Shown in pieces: positions 52,434-62,000 of a DNA stretch of 62,000 bases. Within the stretch, counting starts at the first letter, position 1, and each line of letters starts with the position of its first letter. Origin of the DNA: Chiloscyllium plagiosum (Eukaryota). The stretch spans positions 7,384,530-7,446,529 of the forward strand of contig NC_057750.1 of assembly GCF_004010195.1 (NCBI RefSeq), given 5' to 3'. A program made the position numbers and the translations under genes. Below the pieces are notes generated by a model. It was not told the DNA's origin. It searched no databases and saw nothing but the letters and a program-made list of their open reading frames with translations.

Positions 52434-53045
52434 TCGACCCCAAATCCCTTATTCACTTGGGAGACAGAAAAGGGACGGATGAGAAACCTCCAGAGGGGGT
52501 GACCTTCCGAAGGTTCATAAAATCATGAGGGGCGTATATAAGGTGATTGACAGAAGGTCTTTTCCTTAGGGCGGGGGATTTCAAGACTAGGGAGGTGTGT
52601 TTTTAAGACGAAGGGAGAGAGATTTAGAAAAGACAAGAGTCAACTTTTGTTTTTACACGGAGGGTGGTTCGTGTGTGGAATGAGCATCCACAGGAAGTGG
52701 TGGATGCGGGTACAGTTACAACATTTAAAAGACATTTAGATAACTACTAGTGAGAAATGTTTGGGGGGGATATGGACTGAACAGGCAGGTAGGACTGTTT
52801 ATTTTGGGATTATGGTTGGCATGGACTAGTTGGACTGGAGGGTCTGTTTCTATGTTGTATGATTCCTCCTCCTATGTTGGCTGCAAACTCTCACTCCTTT
52901 TGCCGTCTCTTTACATTTTGAGTCCAGTCACCCTTCAGAGCTGCACTCCATGTCAACTCTGCTTTCTCTTGCCTGACCTGCTGGGTTTCTCCAGCCACTT
53001 CTGTCTTTGACTTAAAGACTGAGGCTGTTTTACTTGTCGTTTCAG

Positions 53046-53193
53046 GGCCTGCTAGGGTGACAAAGTTTCAGTGTCCATCGGAATTTACCCCATGTCCACA
53101 GGCAACATCGTGTGAGCTCAAGCCGGAGAAAGTGAACGACCCCTCCACAGAACTCTGGCTCATCAAAGCACCCACGGACTTCGATCCACATAG
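53046..53193 (+). CDS. POLR1G: POLR1G coding exon 2
   Basis: Acceptor ttgtcgtttcag, donor AG|gtgagc. Encodes FQCPSEF...DPSTELWLIKAPTDFDP, matching the RPA34/PAF49 motif (FSCPPNF...DTELWLIQAPADF). Confidence 0.93.
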
Positions 53194-53891
53194 GTGAGCA
53201 CGCAGAGCATTGAATCACCTGCGAACCTCTCGTTTTAAAATCTCTAAGGGTCAGTGCACCCAAAACATTAACTCTGATTTCTCTTCATAGATCTGCTGAG
53301 CTTTTCCTGCATTTGCAATTTTTGTCTCTCGTTTTAAAGCAATGTTATGATAACACTTAGTCACATACTCATGAAGGGGTAAGATGGTGGCACAGTAGTA
53401 ATCCAGAGGCCTGGGGAATCCAGTTTGAATCCTGTCAGGACTTGTGGAACTTGAATTCAACTAAAAATCACAAACAAGGAAAAAGCACATCTACCAGCAT
53501 CTGCGGAGAGCAATAGAGTTAATGTTTCAAGTCTGGTGTAAGTTCAGAATAAAATCTAAGTGGAAACTAGTCCCAGTGATGGCGATCACAAAATTATCGT
53601 GAGTTGTGGTAAAATACACCTTATTCACTAGTGCCTTTTTTAGGGAAGGACACCTGTCCTTGTCTGGTCTGGCCTGTACCTAACTCCAGACCCACATTTC
53701 AACGGCCTTCTGAAATGGCTGAGCAAGCCACCCAGTCATAGAGCCATACAGCATGGAAACAGACCCTTCAGTCCAACCCACCCGTGCTGACCAGATATCC
53801 TAAACTGATCTCATCCCGTTTGCCAGCACTTGGCCCATATCCCTTTAAACCCTTCCTATTCATATATTCTTCCAGACGCCTTTCAAATGTT

Positions 53892-55049
53892 CAGGGTCGA
53901 GAGTACGGTGCTGGAAAACACAGCAAGTCAGGCAGCATCCGAAGAGCAGGAGAATCGACATTTCGGGCAAAAGCCCTTCATCAGGAATGAGGGTCGTGGA
54001 CTTGGGGTGCTGAGAGATAAATGGGAGGGGGATGGGGTTGGGGGCAAGGTAGCTGAGAAAGCAATAGGTGGCTGAAGGTGAGGAAGGAGGAGATAGGTCG
54101 GGGGGTGTGGAGTGGATAAATGGGAAAGGTGATGGACAGGTCTGGAGGGCGTTGCCAAGCTGGAGGCTTGGGACCAGGATGATCTGGGTGGAGGGGAAAT
54201 GAGGAAACTGTTGAAATCCACATTGATCTCATGTGGTTGCAGGGTCCCAAGGTGAAATATGAGGCGTTCTTTCTCCAGACGCGGGTGGTAATGGTTTAAT
54301 GGCGGACGAGGCCCAAGACCTGCATGTCTTTGGAGTGGCAGGGGGCGTTGAAGTGTTCAGCCACAGGGCAGTGGGGTTGGTCAGTGCAGGTGTCCCAGAG
54401 ATGTTGTCTGAAACAATCTGCAAGAGGATGTCCTGTCTCCCCGATGTAGAGGAGACTACATCGGGTGTAATGCAGTAGATGACATTGGGAGAGGTACAAG
54501 TAAATTCCTGACGGATGTGGAAGGATCCTTTTGAGGCATTGGACGGAGGTGAGGGGAGTGGTGTGGGTGCTGGTTTTGCACTTCCTGCGGTGGCAGGGGA
54601 AGGTGTCAGGAGTAGAGTGTGGGCTGGTGGGGGGCATGGACCTGACGAGGGAGTTGTGTAGAGAATGGTCTTTCCGGAACGCTGATAGGGGTGGGAAGGG
54701 AAATGTATCTTTGGCAGGGTCCATTTGGAGGTGGCAGAAGTGGTGTAGGATGATGCGATGTTTGCGGAGGTTGGTGGGGTGAAAGATTTGAACCGTGGAG
54801 TGGTTCTGTCCTTGATGGGTTGGGAGGTGTGGGTCAAGTGCGGTGGTGTGAGAAGTGGAGGAGATGTGCTGGAGGGCACCGTCGACCACATGGGAAGGGA
54901 AATTGCGATCTTGGAAGAAGGAGGCCGTCTGTAATTTTCTGAGATGGAATTGGTCATTTTGGGAACAAATGCAGCGGAGGTGGATGAATTGGGAATAAGG
55001 GATGGTGATTTTGCAGAAGGTAGGGTGGGAGGAGGTGGGCTTGTAGTAG
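53892..55049 (-). mobile_element. Decayed Penelope-like element (Neptune-like; RT C-terminus, Cys linker, GIY-YIG) inserted in a CR1 (53737-55440) within POLR1G intron 2
   Basis: PCHRRKCKT linker; VIYCI...LYIGETG GIY-YIG motif; hammerhead at 53953-53988; aaatgtt duplicated on both sides. Confidence 0.88.
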
Positions 55050-56273
55050 AAATGTTGTCATTGTACTAGCCTCTCTCACTTCCCCTTTTATATCTTTTTC
55101 CTCTCACTCTAAACCTAAGCCCTCTAGTTCTGAACTCCCCCATCCCAGGGTAAAAACATTGTTTATTTATCCTATCCATGCCCCTCATAATTTTATAAAC
55201 CTCTAAAAAGTCACCCCTCAGCCTCCAACGCTCCAGGGAAACAGCCCCAGCCGATTCAGTCTCTCCCTGTAGCTCAAACCCTCCAATCCTGGCAACATCC
55301 TTGTAAATCATTTCTGAACCCTTTCAAGTTTCATAACATCCTTCCCATAGCAGGGAGACCAGAACTGAATGCAGTATTCCAAAAGTGGCCTAACCAATGT
55401 TCATTACAGCTACAATATGACCTCCCAACTCCTGTACTCATGGGCAGAGATGAATAGTTGACAAATGCCAGCAATGTCTGGTCACCTGAAAGGATAAATT
55501 ATTTGAGTGGGTGTCAGCTATAGCGCTTGTGTTCTGAAGAAGGGTGACTTGACCCAAATTGTTACCTCTGATTTCTCTCCACATGTTACCAGACCTACTG
55601 AAATTTTCCAGCACTTTCTTTTGGTTTTTAATTAAATGGGTGTTAGCTATAGCACTTCCCACTCTTCATTCAGAATGGTTTGTGTACTGCAAAGGGAGTG
55701 CTGCATGTGCTCTGGTTTCCTTCCACAATCCGAAGATGTGCAGGTTAGGGTGGATTGGCTGTGTTCAACTGTCCTGTAATGCCCAGGGATGTGCAGGCTT
55801 GGTGGGTTAGCCATGGGAAATGCAGGGTTACAGGGATAGGGTAAGGGGGTGGGTCTGGGTGGGATGCTCTTCACAGGCTCGTTGTGGACTCAGTAGGCCA
55901 AATGACGTGCCCCCACACTGTGGATTATGTAATTTTGATATAATTTTATAAATGCAAAAGGGCTCATGACACTAATCCAAAGAACAAGGGAGTTCTCCCT
56001 AGTGCCCTGGCTAATACTCAATGTCATCAAAAGGATTTGTCCAATAAATGTCACTTTATTTTTTGGGAGCTTGCTGTTCACAGACTGATGGCTGTGTTTC
56101 CTACAACAGTAACGACACGTGAAAAGCATTTCATGGCTGTGTTGTGGGATGTCCAACGAGCTTGAAAGGCACTACATAAACACACGTTGGTTACTTGGCA
56201 CTTCAGAGCATGTGATTGTATTTGCAGTTGGCTCTAACTCCCCAGTATTTTCGTTTCTTTTCCGCTCTTTCAG

Positions 56274-56871
56274 TTTCTCTGGAAGGAAGATCCCGTTGGT
56301 TGGTTTTCAGACACTTCGGTCGAAGACGTGCAAGGACAAACTTTATAACGTGTTTAGCACGCCCAGAGGAGCAGGAGGAGTCTGCCTGGTCCTCCCATCA
56401 GGCACACAGGGCTGCCCGACATTCGCAGGTTCCGTCACTATTGGCGAGAGTTGGGAGGACACAGGCAGCAGTGAGCCACGCTCCATCCCCACCAGTCCGG
56501 CCCCCAGCATCCCGCCAGGCCTGAAGCTGAGGTTCCAGCCTTTTGGCGCTGCCTCACCCTGCCGGCTAACAGCCACCCCACCGGAGCGCGACGATACAGG
56601 GGAGCCTAAGGCCAAGAGGAGGAAGCGGCTGAAAGGAAAGGTAGCAGTCAGTGGGGACGAGCCTGACCATACAGCAGTGGCCGGCACCCTGAGAAAGAAA
56701 AAGAGCAAACGAGACCAGGAGGAAGCTGGCTTCAAACACTCCGATACTGAGATGCCAAAACCCAAGAACCGAAAGCAGGAGAAGAGGAGGAGGAAAGAGA
56801 GAGAGATCCCACAGACTGCGCCCCCCAAGGTGAGTAAGAGTCACAAGAAGAAAAAGAAGCATAAATCTTAA
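56274..56871 (+). CDS. POLR1G: POLR1G coding exon 3 (terminal)
   Basis: Acceptor ttttccgctctttcag, phase 2. FSGRKIPLVG...IPTSPAPSIPPGLKLRFQPFG (PAF49 motif IPPGLxxRFxxFG) followed by a Lys-rich tail. Spliced CDS is 843 nt = 280 aa. Confidence 0.93.
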
Positions 56872-57195
56872 TTGTTCACTGGAACTCCTGAGGACATTAC
56901 CCATTCAGAAAGATTACGTCAAACCATTCACAGGAAACTGTATGGTAAACAGGCTATGCTGAACTGCGATGTATTTAAGAAACTGTCCTTTTCTGTCTGA
57001 GTGCACATTTGAGAATTCCAAGGTGTTGGAAGATTTCAAGTGAAGGCAGACCCAGGTTTCTGTCGAGACGCAGAAGCGTGCTGTTCTGTACTCGGCTCTC
57101 TCCAGAACATCCACTCGCTCCTCCTTTTGAGACTGCAACACCTGTCCCCCATGCAATCCTTTTGTGTACTGAAGAATGTGTATTTTTTTAAAAAG

Positions 57196-57201
57196 AATAA
57201 A
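57196..57201 (+). terminator. Likely polyadenylation signal of POLR1G
   Basis: AATAAA ~325 nt after the stop codon, with upstream TGTA elements. Confidence 0.6.
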
Positions 57202-58346
57202 TCTGTCATTTGGAATACAGGTTCAGAATTGTGGCAGTCAAGGCTGAACACAGACTCTTTCTCCTTCGTTTCTGCTGTGCTGGGGTCTCTCCAGTATCTC
57301 AGCCAAGCGTTGCGTAACTAAGACAGGCAAGATACAGTCCTGTTTAAGCAGAGGTTGACTCCACTGCAGGGATCTGCCTTATGGGAAAGGCTGGGCCTAT
57401 CCTGACAGGCATCAAAACATGATTCGGAGGGAGATGATTTTGATGCCGCAGAGACCTTTCTCTTGCGGAGAAATTCTAGCACAAGGGGACACAGTTTCAA
57501 AATAAGGGGTCTCCCATATAAAATGGAAATGTGGAATTTTTTTCTCAGGATTGTTGGTGTTTGGATAGAGAGTCTGGATCATTGTCAAACAAGACTTGAA
57601 TATTTATTTTTGATAGAAATGGGAGTTTCTTTTCTATTCATTTGTGGGATAAGGGTTTCACTGGCTAGGGCAGCATTTATTGCCCATCCCTAACTGCCCA
57701 GAGGGCAGTTCAGAGTCAACCATGTTGCTGTGGATCGGGAGTCAGGTGTAGGCCAGACCAGGTAAGGATAGCAGTTTCCTTCCTTTAAAGGACATTAGTG
57801 ACTCAGGTGGGTTTTTTGAACAATCATCGCCAGCATTAGACTCTTAATTCCAGATTTTTATTGAATTCCAATTCCACCATCTGCCATGTAGGATTCAAAC
57901 CTGGGTCTCCAGAACATTACCCAGGTCTCTGGATTTACAGTCCGGCGATAATATCACTCTCAAGGTCCTAGTCAGATCAGTGGTTACTTAGGTCGGAATT
58001 TATTTGGGGCTGTGGGTGTTGCTGGCAAGACCAGTATTTCTTGCTAGGGAGAAGGAAGAATTGTTATTAATAACTAGTAAGGGTACAGGACATGGAGAAG
58101 CAGTGTAGACCAGAAGTTTAATAAAATACTCAAAGCAAGCAGTGAGCCTAGTGTGAGGGAGCTACATTTTGAGGGATGCTCAGTTTTGTTATTACCCCTG
58201 AGACAGTCTATTAAAGAGGACATCAGTGCAGCTGGACCACAGCAAAGCTCAGCTCAACTTCTTCACTCTTTCACAGGTAATGTCACCAACACCTTTTGCT
58301 CAAAGCTTAAAGAACCCAGGAATAAATCATTATTGTTAAGAATCAT

Positions 58347-58352
58347 TTTAAT
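58347..58352 (-). terminator. Possible polyadenylation signal (ATTAAA) of the ZBTB1-like gene
   Basis: Minus strand reads TGTACAAATAATTAAA in AT-rich unique sequence ~900 nt past the stop. Confidence 0.35.
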
Positions 58353-59246
58353 TATTTGTACACTGATCTTAAGACCTTCCAATTAATAGAAGACAGCATA
58401 CAAAACTCGAGTCTATAAACCAATACTGTTGGAAACCCAAACTGTGGGTTTTCAAATCTCCAAACGTCGATAATCAAACAGCCCTTTCCCAATACCTGAG
58501 CAGCTATTGGAGATCAGACAATGGCCACTGACCATATGGTGCCTCCCTCCACTTGCCGCCTTTTGCAGATTTGGCACTGATTTTCCCGTTGACTCTCAGC
58601 TTCCCTCCAGCTTGCACATTTTGTTCGGATGCAGAAGGAGATGCATTGAAAGTGTTGGTTTTGCAGGGCTGGGGTGGTTGGATTTCGATCCTGCCCTTGT
58701 CTAACACTGAATCTTAACATCCCGATAAGCTCCCTCTAAATCCCTGGTTTCCAATCCTGCTGATTGTGGGATCACTTCGGCCCTTAAAACCAAGAGGGTT
58801 TTCTCATGCAAAGTAAGGTATAAAACGGGGGGGGGGGGGGGGAGGGTTTGAATGGAAGAAGCAGGAAGACAATGGAGTGAGAAACGTTGCTTGAGGTAGT
58901 CGTTTGCAGATTGGGCATTATGGAGGTGTACTGGAGTATTCCTACTCTTGAATCCCCAATACCATCAGGCAACCTCGTCCTGTTCTCTGCCATCCCCACG
59001 CTCCAACCCAAACCAGGAGCGAGATGTACTGCAATGGCGAATGGAAAACCGTGGCTGAATATCCACTGGAACCAACCCTGTCCATCCATCTACCACAGTC
59101 CTGGCCACAAGAGACTAATTCAGAAATGGGTCCAGATATCAAAACTGGGATCTTTAGCCCCCGTGTGGCTCACCCAGGAGGCCACAATGCAACAGAAGAT
59201 TGGGTGTGACACAGAGTCCTTGGTTGTGGGAGGGAAGGTGAGACGG

Positions 59247-61202
59247 TCAGTCCACGTTCCTCTGACCATTCGATGGCCTGTCCAGCTCTGAGGTCATCAG
59301 TTTCTTCATCCAGCAGCCGGCGGAATGTGCCGCCGCATCTTTTTTGCGCTTGAACTTCTCACCGCACGTCCCACAGGGGTACAGGTGGCTCTCGAGGTGC
59401 CGCTCCAGCTCTGGCGCGCCCTGGAAGATCTCGAAGCAGACCCGGCAGAGGACCTGGCCCCGTGAGAGGTGGCTGGCCATGTGGCGCAGGTGGCCGTGCT
59501 TGCGGTAGCTGCCCTGGCCGCACAGCCGGCAGGCGTAGCGGGAGTCGCCGGCATGGGTGGTGGCATGGAGCCGCAGCTCAAGCTCTCTCGGGAACTCCTG
59601 CCCACACGCCCGGCACGCGAACCTCCCGACCTCGCTGTGGGTGGCCACGTGCTCTGCCAAGTGGCCTCGCTGCAGGAAAGCCTTGCCGCAGATCTGGCAG
59701 GAGTGTTTGCGTGGCCCACTGTGTTTGCCAGGCCCAGAGGTCACGGTCTTGGCAGGACGCCGCCGCTGCTGCTTCCCCTGCCCGGCCTCCGTGCCCTTCT
59801 TGTGGCCAGGCGCCCGTGACTGCTTGGCCACTTTCTGCCCTTTCTTGCCACGCCCAGGCACTGCCCCCCTGGACAGCGCGTGGTCCAACACCTGGGTCCT
59901 CTCCCACCCCGGGCGGCTGGGTTGCTGCCTGCCGTTGGGGCGAGCGTGGCACACGCCGCTCTCTGTCCCGCAGCACTGTGAGGGGGCTCGGGCACACTCT
60001 GCCTTCCCCCGGGCCTTGGTCTGGCTGCGAGCCGGGGCTCTCCCCTCAGTCGGGCAGCAGGCCTGGCAGCTCCATGCCCTCCCCGGGATCCGGGCCCGAG
60101 GCCTCCCCTCGTCCTCACTGGGCGCTGGGCTGGGGCTGTCTGAGCTGGAGGTGCTGCCCTCGCTAGAGCTGCTGAAGGAGCCCTCATCGTCCTCCTCCTC
60201 CGGGTTCTCCAGCACCAGGTCGTCGTCGCCCGGGAAACGCACCTCTCCCTCCTCCAGCTCGTAGTCCTCTGGCGGGCCCAACCCCGGGGAGACCCTAGCC
60301 TCTGGCTCCCCTCCTCCCCCCACCCTCACCACCGTGATGCCACTGAGCTCCAGCAGCAGGGGGTTCCCCTGCCCTGGGGTCCCTACCTCTTCCTGCTCGG
60401 GGGCCTCCACCTTCAGCCTCTTCATGCCTCCAGCCCCCTGCTCCTCGGGGATGCCTCCTTCCCCCTCCCACCTCCTCTCGGGGGCCTCCTGCTTCACCTC
60501 GGGGGTGGGGCTGCGTGGGTCTGCCCCCTGGCCGCTCCCTGCGCCCCAGCCCTGGCCCCTCCCGCGCAGGCAGCCGGGGAGGTGTTCCTGCAAACCGCGG
60601 GGCTGCTCGAAGGCCAGGCCACAGAGGGGGCAGCACAGCCTGGGGGGGCTGGGCGGACCCTCCACACCCTCCTCCCACGGCCCCTCCGGTGTTTCGGACT
60701 TGACGGTGACTGGGAGTTGCTGTTGCTGCTGCTGCTGCTCTGGGATGTCCTCCGGCCTGCTTCTGTCCCAGGGCCGCAGCTCCACCCCGAAGACCAGCGG
60801 CTCACCCTTGCCACCCTCCGAGACCTGAGGAGGAGCCATTGCCGCCTCCTCGCTGCCCCCGGCGGAGAACCGGGGAGCGCCGTAGAGCTTCAGGAAGTTG
60901 AGGGAGGCCCGGAACTGGTCGGGGTCGGAGGGCAAGGACACCAGGCGGCCGGTGTACATCAGCTGGAGGATCAGGTCGAAGTGGTCAGGGCTGACGGCCT
61001 GCGAGCTCAGGCACACCTGGGACGCCTCCCCCGGCTGATTCACGAAGAGCTTGTGGAAATAGGAGCTGCAGGCTGCGAGCACCACGCGGTGCGCCCGAAA
61101 GTGTACGTCACCCACCGTGATGGAGCAGTCGCAAAGGAAGCCATACTCCAGCTGGCAGCACAACTGCTGTAACACGTGGTCGCTGTGTCTGGCCAGCTGC
61201 AT
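59247..61202 (-). CDS. ZBTB1-like BTB/POZ and C2H2 zinc-finger protein (651 aa), probable paralog rather than ortholog
   Basis: BTB domain (HSDHVLQQL...GFLCDCSITVGDVHFRAHRVVLAACSSYF...FDLILQLMYTG) and a C-terminal 5-finger array (RKHSCQICGKAFLQRGHL...YRKHGHLRHMASHLS...HLYPCGTCGEKF) characteristic of ZBTB1. Acceptor gttgtgttacag at 61215-61226 lies just upstream of the ATG at 61202, so the ORF-track start at 61349 is intronic. Confidence 0.92.
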   Translation of the reverse strand: MQLARHSDHVLQQLCCQLEYGFLCDCSITVGDVHFRAHRVVLAACSSYFHKLFVNQPGEASQVCLSSQAVSPDHFDLILQLMYTGRLVSLPSDPDQFRASLNFLKLYGAPRFSAGGSEEAAMAPPQVSEGGKGEPLVFGVELRPWDRSRPEDIPEQQQQQQQLPVTVKSETPEGPWEEGVEGPPSPPRLCCPLCGLAFEQPRGLQEHLPGCLRGRGQGWGAGSGQGADPRSPTPEVKQEAPERRWEGEGGIPEEQGAGGMKRLKVEAPEQEEVGTPGQGNPLLLELSGITVVRVGGGGEPEARVSPGLGPPEDYELEEGEVRFPGDDDLVLENPEEEDDEGSFSSSSEGSTSSSDSPSPAPSEDEGRPRARIPGRAWSCQACCPTEGRAPARSQTKARGKAECARAPSQCCGTESGVCHARPNGRQQPSRPGWERTQVLDHALSRGAVPGRGKKGQKVAKQSRAPGHKKGTEAGQGKQQRRRPAKTVTSGPGKHSGPRKHSCQICGKAFLQRGHLAEHVATHSEVGRFACRACGQEFPRELELRLHATTHAGDSRYACRLCGQGSYRKHGHLRHMASHLSRGQVLCRVCFEIFQGAPELERHLESHLYPCGTCGEKFKRKKDAAAHSAGCWMKKLMTSELDRPSNGQRNVD

Positions 61203-61694
61203 CCTGCCCGCCACCTGTAACACAACCACACGTGCCACACTTAATACACCCCCAGAAGAAAACATCTCTGACCTCCCCCATAAGAAAACTTTCACTTCAT
61301 CTCCAATGTTCCTGAAGACTCGACCTGTTCCTACGAACCTGCACCCCAAGGTCTCTCTAAGGGGAGAGGAGGGCCTAGTGGTACTATCACTGGACGGTTA
61401 ATCCAGAGACTCAGATAATGTTCTGGGCACCCAGGTTCAAATCCTGCCGTGGCAAGATGGTGAAATTTGAATTCAATTAAAAATCTGGAATTAAGAGTCT
61501 AATGGTGGCCGTGAATCTATTGTCAATTGTTGCAATAGAACCCATCTGGCTCACCCATGCCTTGTAGAGAAGTGAATGGCCATCCTTTCCTGGGCTGGTC
61601 TGTATGTGACCCCAGGCCCACGACAATTTGGTTGACTCCATTAGGCATGGGGTATTAAATGCTGCTCTGGGAACCTGGGTACAAATCCCACAGT

Positions 61695-61916
61695 TGAAAA
61701 TGTGTTGCTGGAAAAGTGCAGCAGGTCAGGCAGCAACCTAGGAACAGGAGAATTGACGTTTCGGGCATAAACCCTTCTTCAGGAATCTTTCCTGAAGAAG
61801 GGCTTATGCCCGAAACGTCGATTCTCCTGTTCCTTGGATGCTGCCTGACCTGCTGCGCTTTTCCAGCAACACATTTTCAGCTCTGATCTCCAGCATCTGC
61901 AGTCCTCACTTTCTCC
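61695..61916. mobile_element. Fold-back PLE terminal-repeat pair with two hammerhead motifs
   Basis: 15 bp TSD tacaaatcccacagt at 61680-61694 and 61917-61931; motifs at 61751-61786 (-) and 61788-61823 (+). Confidence 0.9.
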
Positions 61917-62000
61917 TACAAATCCCACAGTGGATAGGGGAATTTGATTTCCAATAAATGCTGCCCTAGCCAGAGATGCCAACATCCCATAAATGAATTA

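Larger units (their letters stand above)
52085..52440. promoter_or_regulatory. CpG-island promoter of POLR1G (possibly bidirectional)
   Basis: High GC and CpG density, (GCC)n run, E-box CACGTG at 52115-52120, X-box-like GTTGCCCGGGGAGAC at 52121-52135. Confidence 0.75.

Noticed and set aside
56119..56273. N-terminal part of the 250 aa ORF
   Set aside because: Intronic polypyrimidine/acceptor region; homology begins at 56274.
59306..61172. Many alternative-frame ORFs over the ZBTB1-like gene
   Set aside because: GC-rich shadow ORFs with no recognisable domains.
61203..61349. 49 aa N-terminal extension in the 700 aa ORF call
   Set aside because: Lies mostly upstream of a splice acceptor at 61215; BTB proteins of this family start at the Met at 61202.

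Overview
Eukaryotic, repeat-rich vertebrate genomic DNA. The SINE/LINE inventory (HE1-like V-SINEs, HER1/CR1 LINEs) indicates a shark (elasmobranch); this is inferred, not searched. Three well-supported genes are present: (1) GPR4, a proton-sensing GPCR with an intronless CDS (14731-15792, +); (2) a three-exon POLR1G/CD3EAP (PAF49/RPA34) gene (52175-56871, +, 280 aa), not captured whole by the ORF track; (3) a single-coding-exon ZBTB1-like BTB/zinc-finger gene (59247-61202, -, 651 aa). Its position beside GPR4 and POLR1G suggests a retained whole-genome-duplication paralog of ZBTB1. A chain of phase-compatible minus-strand exons (29.7-45.7 kb) suggests a further, unidentified gene with one in-frame TGA. 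Most of the rest is transposon-derived: CR1 LINEs (one nearly full length, with an esterase ORF1), Penelope-like elements (PLEs), Rex1/Babar and Tx1 fragments, solo LTRs, three SINE families, mini/microsatellites and two assembly gaps. The most striking non-coding signal is a population of roughly 20 minimal type-I hammerhead ribozyme motifs from at least three PLE terminal-repeat families. Many are ~100-230 bp insertions with their own target-site duplications, often as fold-back pairs. Repeat boundaries are approximate.
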